Under the pieces are notes generated by a model that was given only the letters and a program-made list of their open reading frames with translations, was not told the DNA's origin and searched no databases. Of a stretch of DNA of 64,000 bases, positions 30,532-39,847 are shown one piece after another. Each line of letters begins with the position of its first letter. The stretch's first letter is position 1. The stretch comes from Thermoplasmatota archaeon (GTDB lineage Archaea; Thermoplasmatota; Thermoplasmata; UBA10834), in contig JBFMHR010000001.1 in assembly GCA_040751795.1 (NCBI GenBank), forward strand, positions 1 through 64,000, given 5' to 3'. The translations under genes and the position numbers were made by a program.

Positions 30532-30995
30532 TGGCCGCCCCCGAGGGCAGCCAGTATGTGGTCTTCAGGCTCGGCAAGGAGGAGTACGCCTTCGACATAA
30601 CCGCGGTGAAGGAGATCAGGGACCTCGAGCAGGTGGCCAAGGTCCACAGGAGCCCCTCCTACATCGAGGGGGTCATGAACCTCCGCGGGAAGCTCGTCAC
30701 CGTCGTGGACCTCAGGAGGCGCCTGAGCATCGAGGCGAAGGCGCACGACGACCTCTCCAAGATAGTCGTCGTGGAGGCGCCCGACGCCCCCGTGGGTTTC
30801 CTCGTCGACGAGGTGACGGAGGTCATCAGGGTGGGGAAGGGCGACATCGAGTCGGCCCCCGCTTACGTCGCGTGCGGCCTGGAGGCCGAGTACGTCAAGG
30901 GGATAGCGAAGATGGGGGACCGGCTCATAACGGTCATCGACCCGGTCAGGATACTGGAGCTGTCGACGGACGACGGCCCAGACATAGGAGGTTGA
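30531..30995 (+). CDS. cheW: CheW
   Basis: YVVFRLGKEEYA, GVMNLRGKLVTVVDL. Confidence 0.95.
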   Translation: MAAPEGSQYVVFRLGKEEYAFDITAVKEIRDLEQVAKVHRSPSYIEGVMNLRGKLVTVVDLRRRLSIEAKAHDDLSKIVVVEAPDAPVGFLVDEVTEVIRVGKGDIESAPAYVACGLEAEYVKGIAKMGDRLITVIDPVRILELSTDDGPDIGG

Positions 30996-31000
30996 GCTAA

Positions 31001-31366
31001 TTGGCTACGGTGCTGGTGGTTGACGACTCCGAGTTCATGAGAAGGGTCCTCAAGAACATACTCGAGGGCGGCGGTCACAAGGTCATGGAGGCCCGCAACG
31101 CCGGCGAGGCGCTGGACACGTTCAGGAGGTTCGGCGCCGACGTCATCACCATGGACATTGTGATGCCGGAGACCGACGGGATCGAGACGGTCAAGCGGCT
31201 CCGGGAGGTCGACGGGGACGTGAAGATAATCATGGTCTCCGCCCTCGGCCACCAGAAGACGGTGATGAGGGCCCTCGAGGCCGGGGCTATGGACTTCATA
31301 ATGAAGCCCTTCACCTCGGACGATGTCCTCGAGTCGGTGAACGCGGTCCTGCAGATGGGCCGTTGA
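31001..31366 (+). CDS. cheY: CheY response regulator
   Basis: VLVVDDS, MDIVMP, KPF; position within the che operon. Confidence 0.93.
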   Translation: MATVLVVDDSEFMRRVLKNILEGGGHKVMEARNAGEALDTFRRFGADVITMDIVMPETDGIETVKRLREVDGDVKIIMVSALGHQKTVMRALEAGAMDFIMKPFTSDDVLESVNAVLQMGR

Positions 31367-31376
31367 GGGGTGCGAG

Positions 31377-32435
31377 ATGACGGGCCCGGTCCGCGTCCTG
31401 ATCGTCGACGACAGCGCGTACATGCGCGTCGTCCTCAGGGACATGCTCCAGTCGGAGGAGGGGATGTCCGTGGTCGGCGTCGCGAAGGACGGCGTCGAGG
31501 CGGTGGCCAAGACGGCGTCCCTCCGCCCGGACGTGGTGCTCCTCGACATCCAGATGCCCAAGATGGACGGGCTCGCGACCCTCCAGCGGATCATGAGGGA
31601 GTCGCCCACGCGGGTCGTGATGCTCAGCGCCATGAATAGGGTCGACGTGCAGCTGCCCCTGAAGGCCCTGGAGATGGGCGCCGTCGACTTCATCCCCAAG
31701 CCCAGCGGGCCGGTCTCCATCGACATAGTGAGGTTCAAGCAGTCCATCGCGGACCTGGTCAGGAGCGCGGCGGCCGCGAGGCTCGACGTGGTCAAGCGCA
31801 TGAGGGGCCCGATAAACGTCAGGCACCTGGAGGAGGCGAGGCCGGCCCCGCCGAAGCCCGACGGCAAGGCGGTCGTCATGGCCGCATCGACGGGCGGCCC
31901 GAGGTCCCTGGAGACCATCTTCTCGGCCCTCCCGAGGAGCATCGGGGCGCCGGTGCTCATAGTCCAGCACATCCCGGCCGAGTTCTCCCTCTCCTTCGCC
32001 AAGCGCCTCGACGCGGCCAGGGGCCCGAAGGTGGTGCTCGCCACCGACGGGACCGAGATAGAGCCCGGCAAGGCGTACCTCGCGCCCGGGGGATACCACC
32101 TGAAGCTCGACCGGAAGGCCAAGGGGAAGGTGGTCGCAAGGCTCGACGACAGCCCCCCGGTGCAGTTCGTCAAGCCCTCCGCCAACGTCCTGTTCGAGAG
32201 CGCGGCCGACTGCTACGGCGGGAAGCTCCTCGGGATAGTCCTCACGGGCATGGGCTCCGACGGCGCGCAGGGGGCCAAGGCGATCAAGAGGTCCGGCGGG
32301 AGGGTCATCGCCCAGGACGAGGCGACCTCCGTGATATTCGGCATGGCCAAGGCGGTCATCGACGCCAAGACGGCCGACGCCGTGGTGCCCCTGGACAGGA
32401 TACCACAGAGCATAATCGACTTCGTGGAGGGGTGA
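31377..32435 (+). CDS. cheB: CheB methylesterase (REC + CheB)
   Basis: ASTGGP, VQHIP, LTGMGSDGA. Confidence 0.95.
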   Translation: MTGPVRVLIVDDSAYMRVVLRDMLQSEEGMSVVGVAKDGVEAVAKTASLRPDVVLLDIQMPKMDGLATLQRIMRESPTRVVMLSAMNRVDVQLPLKALEMGAVDFIPKPSGPVSIDIVRFKQSIADLVRSAAAARLDVVKRMRGPINVRHLEEARPAPPKPDGKAVVMAASTGGPRSLETIFSALPRSIGAPVLIVQHIPAEFSLSFAKRLDAARGPKVVLATDGTEIEPGKAYLAPGGYHLKLDRKAKGKVVARLDDSPPVQFVKPSANVLFESAADCYGGKLLGIVLTGMGSDGAQGAKAIKRSGGRVIAQDEATSVIFGMAKAVIDAKTADAVVPLDRIPQSIIDFVEG

Positions 32436-32436
32436 G

Positions 32437-34362
32437 ATGGCCAAGGAGTTCGACCTGAACAAGTACTCGAAGCTCTTCGTCACCGAGGCCAGCGAGCACC
32501 TCCGCACCCTGAACGACTCCATGGTCGAGCTCGAGAAGAGGCCGGGCGACAAGGAGCTCGTGGACCAGATGTTCCGGGCCTGCCACACCATCAAGGGCAT
32601 GGCGAGCATGATGAACCTCGCCGCCGTGACGGAGACGGCCCACGCCCTGGAGGACGTCCTCGGCGCCATAAGGGACGGCAGACAGTCGCCGACGCCCGAG
32701 GTGTCCGAGGGGATCTTCGAGGGCCTCGACGCCCTCGAGGCGATGGTCGCGCAGGTCGAGACCACCCTTGACATCAGGGAGGTCCCGGGCCTCGTGGACA
32801 GGATCCGCGGCCTCATCTCGGCGCCGAAGGCCCCCGCGAGGAAGAAGGCCAAAGCCGAGAAGCCCCCGCCCGCGAAGGCCGAGGAGCCTGCCGAGAGGAG
32901 GGCCGTGGTCTCGGTGCGCCTTGCGCGGAGGTGCGTCCTGCCCGCCGCCAGGGCGCTCGTCATACTCAAGGAGCTGGAGAAGGGAGCGGACATCCTCGAG
33001 ACCACCCCCTCCGAGGAGGACATAGAGAGGGAGCGCCCGTTCGAGGAGCTCATGATAAGGCTCGAGCCCGGGAAGGGCTTCGAGGACGCCCTCTCCAGGG
33101 TCGGCAACATGACCGACGTCGAGGAGCTGAGGTGGGGAGCGGAGTCGGACCCGCAGGAGTCATGGTCCAGGTTCGCGAAGCAGGAGAAGCGCGCCGCCCA
33201 GGCCGACGCACCCGCGGTCCAGACGGTGAAGGTCGGCATGGACAAGCTCGACGACCTCCTGGACGACGTGGGCGAACTGGTGATAGGCAGGAGCAGGCTG
33301 ACGGACAAGGCCGGCTCGGCCGACGACTACGAGCTGCAGGAGATATCCTCCCTCATAGACAACCTCACCTCCGAGATACAGTCGAAGGTGCTGAGCATAC
33401 GCATGATCCCGCTCGACATGGTCATGAGCAGGTTCCCCAGGATGGTCAGGGACATATCCAAGGGCCAGGGGAAGGAGGTCGAGTTCGTCGTCGAGGGGGG
33501 CGGGATAGAGCTCGACAGGACCGTGGCGGACAGGATAGCCGACCCGGTCATGCATATCATAAGGAACTCGATAGACCACGGCATCGAGACCCTGGAGGAG
33601 CGCGGCGCCGCGGGGAAGAACCCCAAGGGGCTCATACGCGTCGTGGCGTCGAAGCAGCAGGACCACGTCCTCATAGAGGTCACGGACGACGGGCGCGGCA
33701 TAGACTTCGAGAGGATACGCCAGGTGGCCGCCTCCAGGGGCCACATGACGAGGGAGAGGGCGGAGGCCGCGTCCGGCAGGGAGCTCCTGGACCTCCTCTT
33801 CAAGGCGGGGTTCTCGACGAAGGACGTGGTCACGGAGACCTCCGGGAGGGGCGTGGGCCTCGACGTGGTCAAGAAGGCCGTGGAGGACCTCGGCGGCTCG
33901 GTCATGATCGCCACGTCCAAGGGGTCCGGCTCGACGATATCCCTGTGGCTCCCCTTCACCCTCGCCATCATTGACGCGATGATGACCTCCATCGCCGGCC
34001 AGATGTACGCCGTACCCATGAGCGTCGTGGTGGAGTCGCACAGGTTCGAGCCCTCGGAGGTGCGCTCGATAAGGAGCAGGGAGGTCGTCCAGCTCAGGGG
34101 AGAGGTGCTTCCGATGCTCAGGATGCGCAGGTTCTTCGGGGTCGAGGAGGCCCCCGACGGCGAGGGCATCAACACCCTGATAGTGCAGAGCCGCGAGCGG
34201 AGGGCGGCCATCGCCGTCGACGAGCTCGTCGGGCACCAGCAGATAGTGGTCAAGTCCTTCGACAGGCGCCTGAGGAAGGTCAGGGGCCTGTCCGGGGGGA
34301 CGATCCTGGGCAGCGGCAGCATAGCGCAGATACTGGACATCGATTCGATACTGGGAGAGTGA
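32437..34362 (+). CDS. cheA: CheA histidine kinase
   Basis: FRACHTIKG Hpt, RNSIDHGIE, GFST...SGRGVGLDVV, CheW domain. Confidence 0.96.
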   Translation: MAKEFDLNKYSKLFVTEASEHLRTLNDSMVELEKRPGDKELVDQMFRACHTIKGMASMMNLAAVTETAHALEDVLGAIRDGRQSPTPEVSEGIFEGLDALEAMVAQVETTLDIREVPGLVDRIRGLISAPKAPARKKAKAEKPPPAKAEEPAERRAVVSVRLARRCVLPAARALVILKELEKGADILETTPSEEDIERERPFEELMIRLEPGKGFEDALSRVGNMTDVEELRWGAESDPQESWSRFAKQEKRAAQADAPAVQTVKVGMDKLDDLLDDVGELVIGRSRLTDKAGSADDYELQEISSLIDNLTSEIQSKVLSIRMIPLDMVMSRFPRMVRDISKGQGKEVEFVVEGGGIELDRTVADRIADPVMHIIRNSIDHGIETLEERGAAGKNPKGLIRVVASKQQDHVLIEVTDDGRGIDFERIRQVAASRGHMTRERAEAASGRELLDLLFKAGFSTKDVVTETSGRGVGLDVVKKAVEDLGGSVMIATSKGSGSTISLWLPFTLAIIDAMMTSIAGQMYAVPMSVVVESHRFEPSEVRSIRSREVVQLRGEVLPMLRMRRFFGVEEAPDGEGINTLIVQSRERRAAIAVDELVGHQQIVVKSFDRRLRKVRGLSGGTILGSGSIAQILDIDSILGE

Positions 34363-34366
34363 GCGG

Positions 34367-34975
34367 GTGAAGATGAGAGACGAGAGCAAGGTCCTTGACA
34401 TAGTGGGCGAGTTCGCCAACATAGGCGCCGGGAACGCGGCGACCGCCCTCGCGTCCCTGCTGGACATGGAGGTGGTCAACGAGGTCACCTCGTGCACCCT
34501 GCTCCCCCTGTCCAAGGTCGCGAACTGGCTCGGCGGCCCCGACCAGGTCGTCGCGGGCGTCTACACGAGGCTGTGCGGCGACCTCAAAGGCGGGGTGCTC
34601 GTCGTCCTGTCCCGCGACTCGGCGACCAACCTGATCCGCCACCTCACCAAGGAAGCCCCGGACCTCGCGAGGCTCACGGAGATGCAGGGCTCGGCCCTGA
34701 GGGAGATCGGGAACATATGCCTCTGCTGGTACCTGGTCGCGGTCTCCAAGATGATAGACAGCGACCTCATCCCCGCGCCCCCCGACGCGACGGTCGACCT
34801 CCTCGGCGCGGTCCTCGACCTGCCCCTGGCTGACGCGGGAGTGAAGGTCGACAAGGTCATCGCGGTCCACACGGTCTTCAAGAGCTTCGAGAAGGCGTTC
34901 GACGGGTACTTCCTGCTCCTCCCAGAGGAGCAGATGCTCGACGTGATACTGGAGAAGATGGGAGACGGCAGATGA
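34367..34975 (+). CDS. cheC: CheC phosphatase
   Basis: EFANIGAGNAATAL, SALREIGNI. Confidence 0.92.
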   Translation: MKMRDESKVLDIVGEFANIGAGNAATALASLLDMEVVNEVTSCTLLPLSKVANWLGGPDQVVAGVYTRLCGDLKGGVLVVLSRDSATNLIRHLTKEAPDLARLTEMQGSALREIGNICLCWYLVAVSKMIDSDLIPAPPDATVDLLGAVLDLPLADAGVKVDKVIAVHTVFKSFEKAFDGYFLLLPEEQMLDVILEKMGDGR

Positions 34976-35448
34976 ACGAGCCCGTGCTCGTTGGCATTGC
35001 GCAGATAGTCGTCGCGAGGGCGCCGGAGCGGATATGCTGCATGGGCCTCGGCTCGTGCGTGGCCGTCTTCCTGTACGACCCCATGGGACGGATAGGCGGG
35101 GTCGTCCACGCCCTCCTCCCCAGGGCCCCGCGCGACGCGAAGGTGCGCGGGAAGTACGCCGACACCGCCGTGAAGGCCCTGCTCGAAGAGATGCTCTCGA
35201 AGGGCGCCAGGAGGGACCAGCTGAGGGCCAAGCTCGTCGGCGGGGCGCAGATGTTCCCCAACCTCAACATCAGGGTGGCGGACATAGGCAAAGAGAACGT
35301 CGAGGAGGCGAAGAAGGCCCTGAAGGGCCTTGGGATCAGGCTCGCGGCCGAGGACACCCACGGGACAAGGGGCCGTTCGGCCACGTTCGACCTCGAGAAC
35401 GGCAGGGTGTCCATAAGCACCGCTTTCTCTGACAGCCACTTCATATGA
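34972..35448 (+). CDS. cheD: CheD
   Basis: GLGSCVAV, KYADTA, AKLVGGAQMF. Confidence 0.93.
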   Translation: MNEPVLVGIAQIVVARAPERICCMGLGSCVAVFLYDPMGRIGGVVHALLPRAPRDAKVRGKYADTAVKALLEEMLSKGARRDQLRAKLVGGAQMFPNLNIRVADIGKENVEEAKKALKGLGIRLAAEDTHGTRGRSATFDLENGRVSISTAFSDSHFI

Positions 35449-35493
35449 GCAGGTTCAGAAGGCTTTAGTAGGAGAAGAGTCCTAGTCGCTATC

Positions 35494-35815
35494 GCCAGGA
35501 GAAGGCGGATGGCCGACGGTAGGCCCGTTCTCAGAACGGGCCGGCTGAGGAAAGTCCCCTCTCCAAGAGAAGGTGGGCCGCCAGAGCGGCAGGGCGAGAG
35601 TCCTGGCAAGGGCACAGAAACGGCACAGCCTCGGGATAACGTGATGATTCCCCTGGGGATGAAGTCTCCCGAGGACATGGTGAAACGGCGACACCCCACC
35701 GGAGCAAGCTCAAACGGCCGAACGATCTCTCATCGACGGCGGGTAGAGTGCAATAGTCGGATGCCATCACCGTCGCAAGACGGGAACAGAAAGGGGCTTA
35801 TGTCCTTCACCTGGC
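35494..35815 (+). ncRNA. rnpB: Archaeal RNase P RNA
   Basis: GAGGAAAGTCC (CR-I), ACAGAAA, GTGAAACGG, GGAGCAAG, AACAGAAAGGGGCTTAT (CR-V); P1 GCCAGG..GAAGG / CCTTC..CCTGGC. Confidence 0.95.
35790..35815 (+). repeat. Left att direct repeat AAAGGGGCTTATGTCCTTCACCTGGC
   Basis: Identical 26 bp at 47070-47095; forms the 3' end of rnpB. Confidence 0.93.
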
Positions 35816-35955
35816 TCTTATACCTTTATAAAGGGTATATGACAGAATGCACTTTCTGTCTCTCCCCGCATGGTCCTCCAGGGATTGCTCCGGCAATGGG
35901 AGGTCATACCCACCACAACAAAGTTTTACATGGCTTCTGAAGCATTTCCAAGTGG

Positions 35956-36588
35956 ATGCCGGGCAATCATGGAGAGATAAAGGCGGAGTTTCCGATATTC
36001 GCAGCCATGGATAAGGAAACCACCATGCTGAACCTATTCAGATTCGAAATGCGGAAGACTCGTCTGCAGTTCAAGAGAGTGAGCGATGACCTTGATGAAA
36101 GGAAAGCGACTTCAGGTTCAGCATTGACCAGAGAGGAAAATGCCAACAGTCAGGCGAAGCTCTTCGCTGACATTCACTTTCTACTAACATGTCTGAGTCG
36201 GCTCGGATCACTCTTCTACAGGATGAAAGGCTACTTTCCTGAGAACTCCAAACTGAGCGAAGTCGAGACTCGTGTCCGAAAGCGTCTTGATTTCTTCGGT
36301 GAAATCAGGAATGACTTGGAGCATGTGGAGGACAGGCCAGGCAAAGGAGTCAACATCCTTGGTAGCACCTTTGGCTCTGTCTTTCAATTCGATGACAAGC
36401 AGATAGATGTCGGCAGTCATCTCAGAGATGAGATCGAGACTTTCTTCACTGAAGTGGAATCGATATATGACCGAATATTAGTCGAGAGACGGAAATCGTT
36501 GGGACAGAAAACCGTACTGTATAGAACAGGCATAACAATACCCGGGAGCCCAGAAAATCCTCATTCATTCGATGAGACAAAGAATTAA
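35956..36588 (+). CDS. Hypothetical protein with HEPN-like Rx4H motif
   Basis: IRNDLEH in a helical protein. Confidence 0.6.
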   Translation: MPGNHGEIKAEFPIFAAMDKETTMLNLFRFEMRKTRLQFKRVSDDLDERKATSGSALTREENANSQAKLFADIHFLLTCLSRLGSLFYRMKGYFPENSKLSEVETRVRKRLDFFGEIRNDLEHVEDRPGKGVNILGSTFGSVFQFDDKQIDVGSHLRDEIETFFTEVESIYDRILVERRKSLGQKTVLYRTGITIPGSPENPHSFDETKN

Positions 36589-36631
36589 GGCGTCATCGCC
36601 CCGATGGATGAGTAGCGTCTGATTTTCAGGC

Positions 36632-37384
36632 CTATCTGCTTCTGGAGATGATGCCTCTCTTCTCTAATTCATCCAGATACTCATCCATTCCAGGCAAGTG
36701 TCCCAACGCCTCTGCCCAATCAAGGACAGACTTCGAATTGAGCTCCAATATCATGTCCCCCGGTGTGAGGAATAGGACCCTTTCAGGATCTGTCATGAAT
36801 CCCAATTCGAGAAGGTCCGCTCTCACCTCATCTTCGTACACCCAATGGAGATCATCTTCGATTCTCCGTATCTTGCCGAGCTGTTGGCCTATCTCATGAA
36901 TATCGAGACCTGCATAGTATGGGCTGTTATCGTTCAGCATTCTCACAATGAGATCTCGCAGAGGCCCATTCTGGAAGACCCGTATCTTCTGATGCTTGGG
37001 AGAACGATATGCCCGTCTCATTGCATCTCTAAGCCATCTTACTGCCGAGTCAAATTCCTTCTTTCCTGCATTAGGCGACAGTAGCGGGCATGGAGCATCC
37101 GGTGTCGAGAATATCATCAGACAGAGGTTCATGGCTTCCTCCTTTGACATTCTTCTCAGAGGTTTGTGATGATTGGGGCCTCGTACCTTCTCATAAGTGA
37201 TATGTGGTGCGAATCCTTCGTCATCACTGACAATACTCAAGTGGATGCCAATCGTGCCATCCGTTGATTCATCTCCCAGGGCCTTTACGAACGACTCCAC
37301 ATCGCTACACCACCGGAAAAGTATCCTGAATCGGATCAAGCCGTTGTCCTGAATCAGCACCTTGCGGAGTCGCTTCTTGGACAC
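36632..37384 (-). CDS. Hypothetical protein
   Basis: 250-aa ORF in the lower-GC region; no motif recognised. Confidence 0.65.
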   Translation of the reverse strand: MSKKRLRKVLIQDNGLIRFRILFRWCSDVESFVKALGDESTDGTIGIHLSIVSDDEGFAPHITYEKVRGPNHHKPLRRMSKEEAMNLCLMIFSTPDAPCPLLSPNAGKKEFDSAVRWLRDAMRRAYRSPKHQKIRVFQNGPLRDLIVRMLNDNSPYYAGLDIHEIGQQLGKIRRIEDDLHWVYEDEVRADLLELGFMTDPERVLFLTPGDMILELNSKSVLDWAEALGHLPGMDEYLDELEKRGIISRSR

Positions 37385-37492
37385 CGAATCTCATCTCCGA
37401 ATCATGGCATTATACCTCGGCCCATGGTTTCACTCTTCCCTCATGGCAAGCATGTGAATCCGAAACGAAACCTCAGTGACAATGGGAGCCAT

Positions 37493-37651
37493 TCAGACAT
37501 GCCGCTTCTTCTCTTTGGAATCTGGAGCGTCTTTCTCAGAGGCGCCAAGTTGTACGGTAGTTGTCCCCACCTGCACTCCAGCTTTATCCCAGTCCCCAAG
37601 GTCCGGCTTATCCCGTCTTCTGCTCTTGTCTTCTCGCTTCTTCTCTGTCAT
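37493..37651 (-). CDS. Micro-peptide 2 (DxxDWD..VGTxT motif)
   Basis: MTEKKREDKSRRRDKPDLGDWDKAGVQVGTTTVQLG...; GGGAG SD upstream. Confidence 0.6.
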   Translation of the reverse strand: MTEKKREDKSRRRDKPDLGDWDKAGVQVGTTTVQLGASEKDAPDSKEKKRHV

Positions 37652-37690
37652 GCGAGCACAACTCCCTTCAGTCACCATCCGAGTTCAGAC

Positions 37691-37822
37691 TCATTTGTCT
37701 GTCTTCTCCTTCTTGTGCTCCTTCTTGATGCTCTCAAGCGTGATTGTCCCCACATCCTTGCTGTCCCAATCTCTCATGTCTCGTTTCTGGCCTCTCCTCT
37801 TATTCTGATCCTCCTCACCCAT
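37691..37822 (-). CDS. Micro-peptide 1 (DxxDWD..VGTxT motif), 43 aa
   Basis: Manual translation MGEEDQNKRRGQKRDMRDWDSKDVGTITLESIKKEHKKEKTDK; starts 4 nt after the upstream stop. Confidence 0.6.
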   Translation of the reverse strand: MGEEDQNKRRGQKRDMRDWDSKDVGTITLESIKKEHKKEKTDK

Positions 37823-37826
37823 TCAA

Positions 37827-39029
37827 TCATCCCCATATCCTGTCCAGATTCCATACCACAACTAGCACTAATCCAATGAGAAAGGCAATGAACATGCCCT
37901 TGGCAAACCAAGCCTTGAAGACATTCTGACGATGATTATGCAAGAAGGAGTCATAGAGTTTCCTCGATATGATCATCTCATAATCCCTTGGTTCCCCTTT
38001 GCGATAGATGTCAATAATCTCCCCTATGTCAGCTCCACCTTTGAACTCCCTCACGAAGAATGCAATTACACCGAGAAAGGCAGCGACAAGAAGTGAGATC
38101 ACCCCGAGAATTCCGAAGTGTCCAACATAGCTACCCGAATCTAGATCCGCAACAGGTTCTGTCAGGGATACGATAAGGCCGAGGGACACAAAAACAAATC
38201 CCAGCATGACGCCTGTCTTGGAATCCAGTGACTCACAGTTCCGACTCTCCTGGTCAAACTGCCTCTGTATTTCGCCTGTGATAATCGAAAAGTCGTTCTT
38301 GCTGGCAGCACTGTTAGACTCGTCCATACCCTTGACCTCCTGATGTGATGAGCCGCAATCAGCAATGGGCATCTGCTCAACGGAACCCTCCTCCCGATTT
38401 CTAGGAGAATCTAGACCCAATGTACTGACAAGAGAGCTCTTGAATTTCCCAGATAGATTCATTTGGCGCCAGAAAAGGAAGTAGTACACCGCTAGAGTTG
38501 TGATTGCCGCAATCACTATGATTACTCCCCTTACACTCGCATCAACATCTATGGATCCGATTGCGATACCGAGCACAATCACCCACATGAAGTAGAATCC
38601 GGAGATGAGAATGTGAAGCACTATGCTGCTGGGAATTCCTTTGACTTGAGGACGAAAAGCTGAGTCCCCTTCCTGCCAGACTGCACACTCCTCCCGCATA
38701 GTGACCGCTCTCTGAAGCCACAGTGCTCTGTGAATCCACTCTATCTCATATCTCTGTGCTCTAAGGATTATCAAGAACCAGGCAGTTGAGATGAACATGC
38801 CTAGAACAGATAGCGCCATGATTATCATTGCCCACTCGGGGTGGTTTAGTGCACTCACGGCTGCCACGATCAAGACACCATTTGTAGCTGAATGGAGTGC
38901 ATTCGTGGACCAAGTCGTTGAGTCTTGACCTCTCTCCATAGCGTTCAATTGAGATAGTTGGTCCATCCCAAATCTGCCTGTGCCACTAGTCTTATCATGT
39001 ATCTTCTCCACAGCAGGAGCCCCTGGCAT
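37827..39029 (-). CDS. Two-domain membrane protein; C-terminal domain resembles Pycsar TM effectors
   Basis: N-domain with ~4 TM; C-domain LDSKTGVMLG...3 TM...NVFKAWF; in-frame internal ATG at 38327 with AGGAGGT SD. Confidence 0.65.
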   Translation of the reverse strand: MPGAPAVEKIHDKTSGTGRFGMDQLSQLNAMERGQDSTTWSTNALHSATNGVLIVAAVSALNHPEWAMIIMALSVLGMFISTAWFLIILRAQRYEIEWIHRALWLQRAVTMREECAVWQEGDSAFRPQVKGIPSSIVLHILISGFYFMWVIVLGIAIGSIDVDASVRGVIIVIAAITTLAVYYFLFWRQMNLSGKFKSSLVSTLGLDSPRNREEGSVEQMPIADCGSSHQEVKGMDESNSAASKNDFSIITGEIQRQFDQESRNCESLDSKTGVMLGFVFVSLGLIVSLTEPVADLDSGSYVGHFGILGVISLLVAAFLGVIAFFVREFKGGADIGEIIDIYRKGEPRDYEMIISRKLYDSFLHNHRQNVFKAWFAKGMFIAFLIGLVLVVVWNLDRIWG

Positions 39030-39033
39030 CAGG

Positions 39034-39783
39034 TCAGCCTCCTCCGGCAAATCTAACGCTAAATGCTTCACAGATCGCCTTCACGAATGAATGATAGTGC
39101 AACGGGCTCCCCAGCTGGGGGGCTGGTGGCTCACTCACCAGCTTAGCCGAATGTCCCTTCACATTGTCGTAGTCAACGACAATGACTCCGACTGCGTCGA
39201 TCTCATTAGGTTTGCTAGGCGATGGGCCAGTCTTCGAGGCTCTAGGCAAATCCTCAAACAGCTTCACTGTCTCTGTGACTAGTCGTTCAATGTTTGCATG
39301 CATTGTTGTCTCTCCAGCTCTAAGAGGCGACATGAAGCTTGCAGACATGTTCACGACAACGAGCCCACCAACAATCGTCCGTGGATTTGACATGTGGAGG
39401 ATACTTGAGAAGGAATTCAGGTCCCTCTGTCTATTCCTTCTCGCTTTTCCGTGTTCCGTCATGATTGTCTTCGCATCTACTGCCACCCACAACTCATCGG
39501 GAGGAGCACAGATTGACTCCCCCTCGCCGCCAGGCACCCTTTGCGCATCTCGGGAAGTGGGTCCGATGGCAAGGTCAATGTTCCAGCCTAATGGCACCCC
39601 CAACCCAGGCGGTTGGTTCTGGTTATAGCAGATTCTCCCCTTTGCAGCCATTTCTGCAAAAGCAGGGCATGAAGCCATCATATCCTCCAAGAGGAGCTCG
39701 CAGAGTCGGTCGCCATGCTTCGATGATCTTGGGTGATAACCGTTTGACTCCAGATACCGCACGAATTCTCTGTCCGCCTTCAA
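39034..39783 (-). CDS. Putative Type II restriction endonuclease (PD-(D/E)xK)
   Basis: IDLAIG...VAVDAK motif; directly downstream of a DNA methyltransferase. Confidence 0.68.
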   Translation of the reverse strand: MKADREFVRYLESNGYHPRSSKHGDRLCELLLEDMMASCPAFAEMAAKGRICYNQNQPPGLGVPLGWNIDLAIGPTSRDAQRVPGGEGESICAPPDELWVAVDAKTIMTEHGKARRNRQRDLNSFSSILHMSNPRTIVGGLVVVNMSASFMSPLRAGETTMHANIERLVTETVKLFEDLPRASKTGPSPSKPNEIDAVGVIVVDYDNVKGHSAKLVSEPPAPQLGSPLHYHSFVKAICEAFSVRFAGGG

Positions 39784-39847
39784 CTCCAGACCACTCTGCG
39801 GATGTAAGGCCTAGGTAGTATGTTAATTTTCGGCAGAGAAGGATGTC

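Noticed and set aside
37424-37879. 151-aa hydrophobic plus-strand ORF
   Set aside because: The L/S/F richness is the antisense read of purine-rich minus-strand micro-ORFs.
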